A DNA stretch of 64,000 bases from Lama glama (Eukaryota), in the NCBI GenBank assembly GCA_028534125.1, contig CM052817.1:8186001-8250000 (forward strand). The letters run 5' to 3'. Of the stretch, positions 59,177-64,000 are shown one piece after another. Under the pieces are notes generated by a model, which made no database searches, was not told the DNA's origin, and saw only the letters and a list, made by a program, of their open reading frames with translations. Each line of letters starts with the position of its first letter. Position 1 is the first letter of the stretch. The position numbers were made by a program, and so were the translations under genes.

Positions 59177-61320
59177 TTATTTTTATTGAGATATACTTGA
59201 CATAACATATTAGTTTCAGGTTTACAACATAATTATTTGATATATGTATATATATACAAAATGATCACCACAGTAAGTCTAGTTAACATTCATCACTATA
59301 AATAGCTGTAATTTTTCTTCTTGTGATAAGAACATTTAAGATTTACTCTCGTAACAACTTTCAAATATACAATGCAATATTGTTAAATATATTCACCACA
59401 CTGTATATTACATAGTCAAGATTTATTTCTTTTATAATTGGAAATTTGGAAGTTTGTACCTTTTGACTTCCTTGACCTTTGTTGTTCACCCCACCTCACC
59501 TCAGGTAACCACCAGTCTGTTCTTTGCATCTGGGTTTGGTGGGGTTTTTTGTTTTATTTTTTTTTAAGATTCCACTTATAAGTGAGATCATATGGCATTT
59601 GTCTTAGTCTGACTTATGCCACCCTGCAAATGACAGGATTTCATTCTTTTTATCTCTGAATAATATTCCATTGTGTATACATACTACATCTTTTTATCCA
59701 TTCGTCCTTTCAGGGACACTTAGGTTGTTTCCATGTCTTGGCCATCCTAAATAATGCTGCAATGAACACGGAGGTTCATATATCTTTATGAGTTAGTATT
59801 TTTGTTTCCCTTAGACAAATACCCAGTAGTGGAGTTCCTAGACCATATGGTAGTTCCATTTTTAATTTTTTGAGGAATCTCCATACAGTTTTCCATGGTG
59901 ACTGCACCAATTCACATTCCCACCAGCAGTGCACAGTCTTCCTTTTTCTCCACATCCTTGCCAACACTTGTTATTTCTTGTCTTTTTTTTTCTTCCAGTT
60001 TTATTGAGGCATAATTGACATATGCGCTGTAGCAGTTTAAGGTGTCCAGCATAATGATCTGACTTACATACATGATGAAATGACTGCCACAATAGATGTA
60101 GTGAACATCTGTCATCTCATATAGATTTGACATTAAAGAAATAGAAAAACAATTCTTTTCCTTGTGATGAGACCTCTTAGGATTCACTCTCTTAAGGATT
60201 TTCATGTATAACATACAGCAGTATGAATTTTCTTTATCACATTGTACATTCTATCCCTAGTACTTACTTATCTTATAACTGGAACTTTGTACCTTTTGAC
60301 TACCTTCATCTAATTCCCTCTTCTCCTGAGCCCCGCTTCTGGTAGCCACAAATCTTACCTCTTTTTCTATGAGTTTGTTTGTTTCTGAGATGTAACTGCC
60401 CCACAACACCGTATTAGTTCCTGGTACACAACATAGTGACTCAGTATTTCCATACATTTCAAAATGATCACCATAATAAGTCTCATTGTCACCTGTCTCC
60501 ATACAGAGATACTGCATAATGATTGACTATGTTTCCCACGCTGCTCTTTTCATGTCTGTGACTCATGTATTTTGTAACTGAGAGTTTGTACACCTTCCTC
60601 TCCCCCACCTAGTTCTCTCCTCTCCCCACCCCCTTCCCCTGTAGCAACCACCTGTTTGTTCTCTGTATCTAGGACTGTTTCTGTTGAGTTACATTTGCTC
60701 ATTTGTTTTGTTTTTCAGATTCCACATATAAGTGATATCATATTGTATTCGTCTTTCTCTGACTTATTTCACTTAGTACAATACCCTCTAGGTCCATCCA
60801 TGTGGTCGCAAATGACAAGATTGCATTCTTTTCAATGGCTGAGTAATTTAATGTCTAAAAACACTATGGAAAAATATATATACAGTAGAATATATATATA
60901 TATATGTGTATGTGTATATGTATATATATATAGATATATATACATACATACATACACATCATATATACACATCACATCTTCTTTATCTGTTCTGTTGATG
61001 GACACTTGGGTTGCTTCCATATCTTGACTATTGTAAATAATGCTGCTATGAACATGGGGCTGCATTAACTTTTTGAATTACTGTTTTCATTTTCTTTGGA
61101 TAAATGCCAAGAGGTGAGATTGCTGGATTTTATGATAGCTCGATTTTTAATTTGTGAGGCACCTCTACACTGTTTTACATAGTGGCTGCACAATTTACGT
61201 TGCTACCAACAGGTCATGGGGTTTCCTTTCTCCACATCCTTGCCAGTACTTGCCAATTATTGCCTTTGGATAATAGCCGTCCTGACAGGTGTGAGGTGAA
61301 ATCTCATCGTGGTTTTAACA
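59177..61320 (-). mobile_element. Adjacent or nested older L1 (L1MA/L1MB-type) 3' fragments
   Basis: Two T-rich starts (~59177, ~59985). ORF 59776..59967 (...[17 protein letters not shown]...) is a decayed L1 ORF2 C-terminus. Confidence 0.88.
60889..60970. repeat. (TA)n/(TG)n/(TACA)n compound microsatellite within L1
   Basis: Direct reading. Confidence 0.9.
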
Positions 61321-62485
61321 CTTAAAATTTTCATAGTTACCATGTTTATTTTAATACCTATAGGGAAAATCAAACCAGCACATCAAGTGTATGATTTTAT
61401 TGATCTATAGCTAAGGATGAGTTCAAACGTAGTCAAAGAAGCGGGTTATTTAAAGGAAGAGAAGAGGTAAATAATAGGATCATATAGGAATATGGCAAAT
61501 ATGATTGACATTTGGGAAGACTGGCAAAGTGGCCTCTGCACCCCTCCTGGCTGTGACATTCTAGCATTCTTTCCCTTCCCAGTCTTTCATCCTGTTTCCT
61601 CTGCTTCCCCAGGACAGAAAACATTGCAGTGTGTGTTTTTAGGCTAAAAAATAGTGGCCCTGACATGCCCGAGGTCGGTGCTCACTGGGTCCTCTCGGTC
61701 CTGCTATGCAAAGGGCTCTGTTTTGTCAGGGAGCAGCTCTGTTTGCCCACCTCTGGTCTCTGATGAGGTACATGAAGCCGGCAGGAAACAGACCAAATTG
61801 AGAGCAAGAAAAACAGGCAGAGCTCTGCAGAAAGTGCGTGGCTGCACTTCATGGGATTAGCCAAGGGGCTCTTTGCTCCATTAGCAGAATGCATAATGGG
61901 CTCGTGTTCGAAAAAGCAAATCTGCAGAATTAGCAGCCAATAAATTGTTAGTCTTACAAACTGTGGATTCTGTCTTGCTCATTTTAAACCATCAGACCTC
62001 ATTTACTTTTCTGTACTTCTTGGCATGAAATCATTCCCAATGTTCTCTTTTTAACTCACTCCTAATGGGATAATGCGTGTCTATTTCCTTTTTCTGGATT
62101 CTGGGTGATTCTGTTTTCTAATGTTAGACATGTACTGTGTGTTCACAGTTGATGAAGTGGGCATGCCATGGTGGACAGACCTTAGGTATTAGACAGACCT
62201 GGATGTGAACTTGATTTAGCCACCTGTGATCTGTGGACTGGCGTTCTGTACTTAAATAAGCTTGGTTCTTACTTTCTTTGATTACTCAACAAGAATTTTG
62301 CTTCTTTCCTAGGATTTTTGTGAGAATTTAAAAGATGCCATAAAAACAACAACAATAAAACACCTAGCTTGAGAATGTTGAGTTTTAGATGTTAAATAAA
62401 TGTCAGTTGTTCTTCCATTTTTACAAGCTCGACAAGTCTTTGGACTAGATGCTACAGACAAGGCAAAGATGAATGTGACATAGGT

Positions 62486-62666
62486 CAGGATGGCAAATAG
62501 GTTTTATTTCATATGCCAGCTCTCAGAGAGCACGCCGCTTCAGGGAGAGCTCTGTGGAGATGGATTTTAAGGCTCAGCAGGGAAGAGTGTCACAGTTGAT
62601 TAGCCCTGTCCTCAGGCTCAGGAGGGGGCAGTGGGGGACACGAGCATCCCATGTTTGCCATCACTG
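62486..62666. mobile_element. hAT-Charlie MITE (MER117/MER112-like)
   Basis: Imperfect terminal inverted repeats CAGGATGGCAAATA ... TGTTTGCCATCACTG, about 180 bp apart. Confidence 0.6.
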
Positions 62667-62789
62667 ACACCAGCCCTGCTTTGGGGAAGTCAAAGCTAAT
62701 GGAGTGTGAAATTCCTGGAGAAGCACGAGGACAGGGGTAGGCACTTGTACATATGTTATGTCTGGAATCCTCTCAGCCAGCTGGAGAGG

Positions 62790-62925
62790 GATGAATGATC
62801 AGTCTCACTTTATAAATGAGGGAATGGAGGCTCAGACAGGCTAAGTATTTTTCTCAAGGTCTTACAAAGTAGAAAGTGGTGGGAATGAGATCTGAACCCA
62901 AATCCATCTGATGTCAGAGGCCTTT
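62790..62925 (-). mobile_element. MIR SINE (one of many degenerate MIRs, e.g. near 3.5, 5.6, 6.5, 10.5, 19.8, 26.4, 46.5, 52.0, 54.2 and 62.2 kb)
   Basis: CACTTTATAAATGAGGGAATGGAGGCTCAGACAGGCTAAGT...CAAGGTC MIR core. Confidence 0.65.
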
Positions 62926-62974
62926 TGTTTGCAGTTACTAACTTTTTAAGCTGAGGTATTCAAATAGAGTCTTT

Positions 62975-63580
62975 TTCCTTTAAAAAAAGATAAGGTAAAA
63001 TGTGAATACTTTAAGGTTTGTCCAAGTGCACTAATCTTAAGTGTCCAGCTTGATGAACTTTTGATTACATCCGGGTAATTTAAGTACACCTGTATCACCA
63101 TCAGTAAGACAAAGGTATAGAACTTTCTCACCTTTCTAGAAGGTTCCTCTGTGTGCTTTCCTAGTCAATAATCTCTCCACCAAGAGCTAACTATTCTTCT
63201 GACACTAAACAACATTAACTAATTTTGAGTATTCTTTAGCTTCATATAAATGAAATTATAAAGTAATTTCACTTTTGCATCTTGCTTCTTCATTCAAAAA
63301 AATGTCTGTGAGAGTTATCTATGTTGTGGCAGTAGTAGTTTGTTTTTTCATTGCTGTGTACTACTCCATTGTATGAATACACCACAATTTATCTATCCAT
63401 TCTCCTCTTGGGGGACATTTGGGTTGTTTGCTGTTTTTGGTGTTGTGAATGAAGCTGTAATAACCATTCTTGTAATGCCTGTGGGTGGACATATGCTCTT
63501 ATTTCTCCTGAGTATGTACATAGTAGTGAAATTGCTGGGCCATAGGTTAGGTGAATATTTAACCTTAGTAGACATGAACC
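62975..63580 (-). mobile_element. Old L1 (L1M-type) 3' fragment
   Basis: CCATTGTATGAATACACCACAATTTATCTATCCATTC...GAAATTGCTGGGCCATAGG motifs. Confidence 0.75.
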
Positions 63581-64000
63581 TTTGCCTTTTCCAGTGAGAG
63601 CTGTACCGTATCAGGGGCCGAGGTCTTCTTGATCTCTGTTACATCCCAGAACCCACAGCAATTCCTGGCTCAGAGTCAGTGCCAATGAGTAATTTTTGAG
63701 TAAATGGAAGTACTTGCATATTGTGCATCTTGGGTCTTGGCTTTGTTTTGGGGGCTACCATGTTTCAGTGAATGGAAAGGTCAGAATCTGTCTCCTTGTG
63801 CCCAGAGTCCCCCTTTCAAAACAAACATTCTATAATGCTCCCTTAAATGTCTCAAAATGAAGTTCACAGATAATACAACTTGTCTACACATATATTTTCT
63901 TTTTAATCAATGTGATGTCCTAACTTTTATGCGAAGGAAAAATAGAAAGGAAGTAATTTATAGTAAGATAATGAGTATTTTGATACACAAATAGCTGGGG

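Noticed and set aside
1..64000. CRISPR arrays, operons, prokaryotic defence systems or intact retroelement ORFs
   Set aside because: The window is intron-exon structured mammalian DNA. I saw no regularly interspaced repeat-spacer array and no intact RT, integrase or transposase frame.

Overview
Mammalian genomic DNA, most likely a camelid (one tRNA-Ala-derived SINE resembling Vic-1; I saw no Alu, Bov-tA/BovB or PRE1-type SINEs). Positions 1-45,643 contain BOD1L1 (biorientation of chromosomes in cell division 1-like 1) on the minus strand. I traced 25 coding exons by hand, all with GT-AG junctions and continuous frame: 8,858 coding nt = 2,952 codons + 2 nt, including a 6,016-nt exon 10. The terminal coding exon and 3' UTR lie off the left edge. 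A CpG-island promoter lies at about 45.2-46.2 kb. The remaining ~18 kb is intergenic and repeat-rich (several LTR-like elements, L1, L2, MIR, hAT MITEs, microsatellites). I found no evidence for a new multi-gene system. The most interesting signals are a ~37-aa degenerate tandem repeat array in exon 10 with a parallel GC/CpG shift, a 78-nt intronic hairpin, a frameshifting tandem splice donor at exon 20, a shortened N-terminal poly-Pro tract and a 102-bp tandem duplication in intron 1. Repeat family names come from recalled consensus motifs, not from a search.
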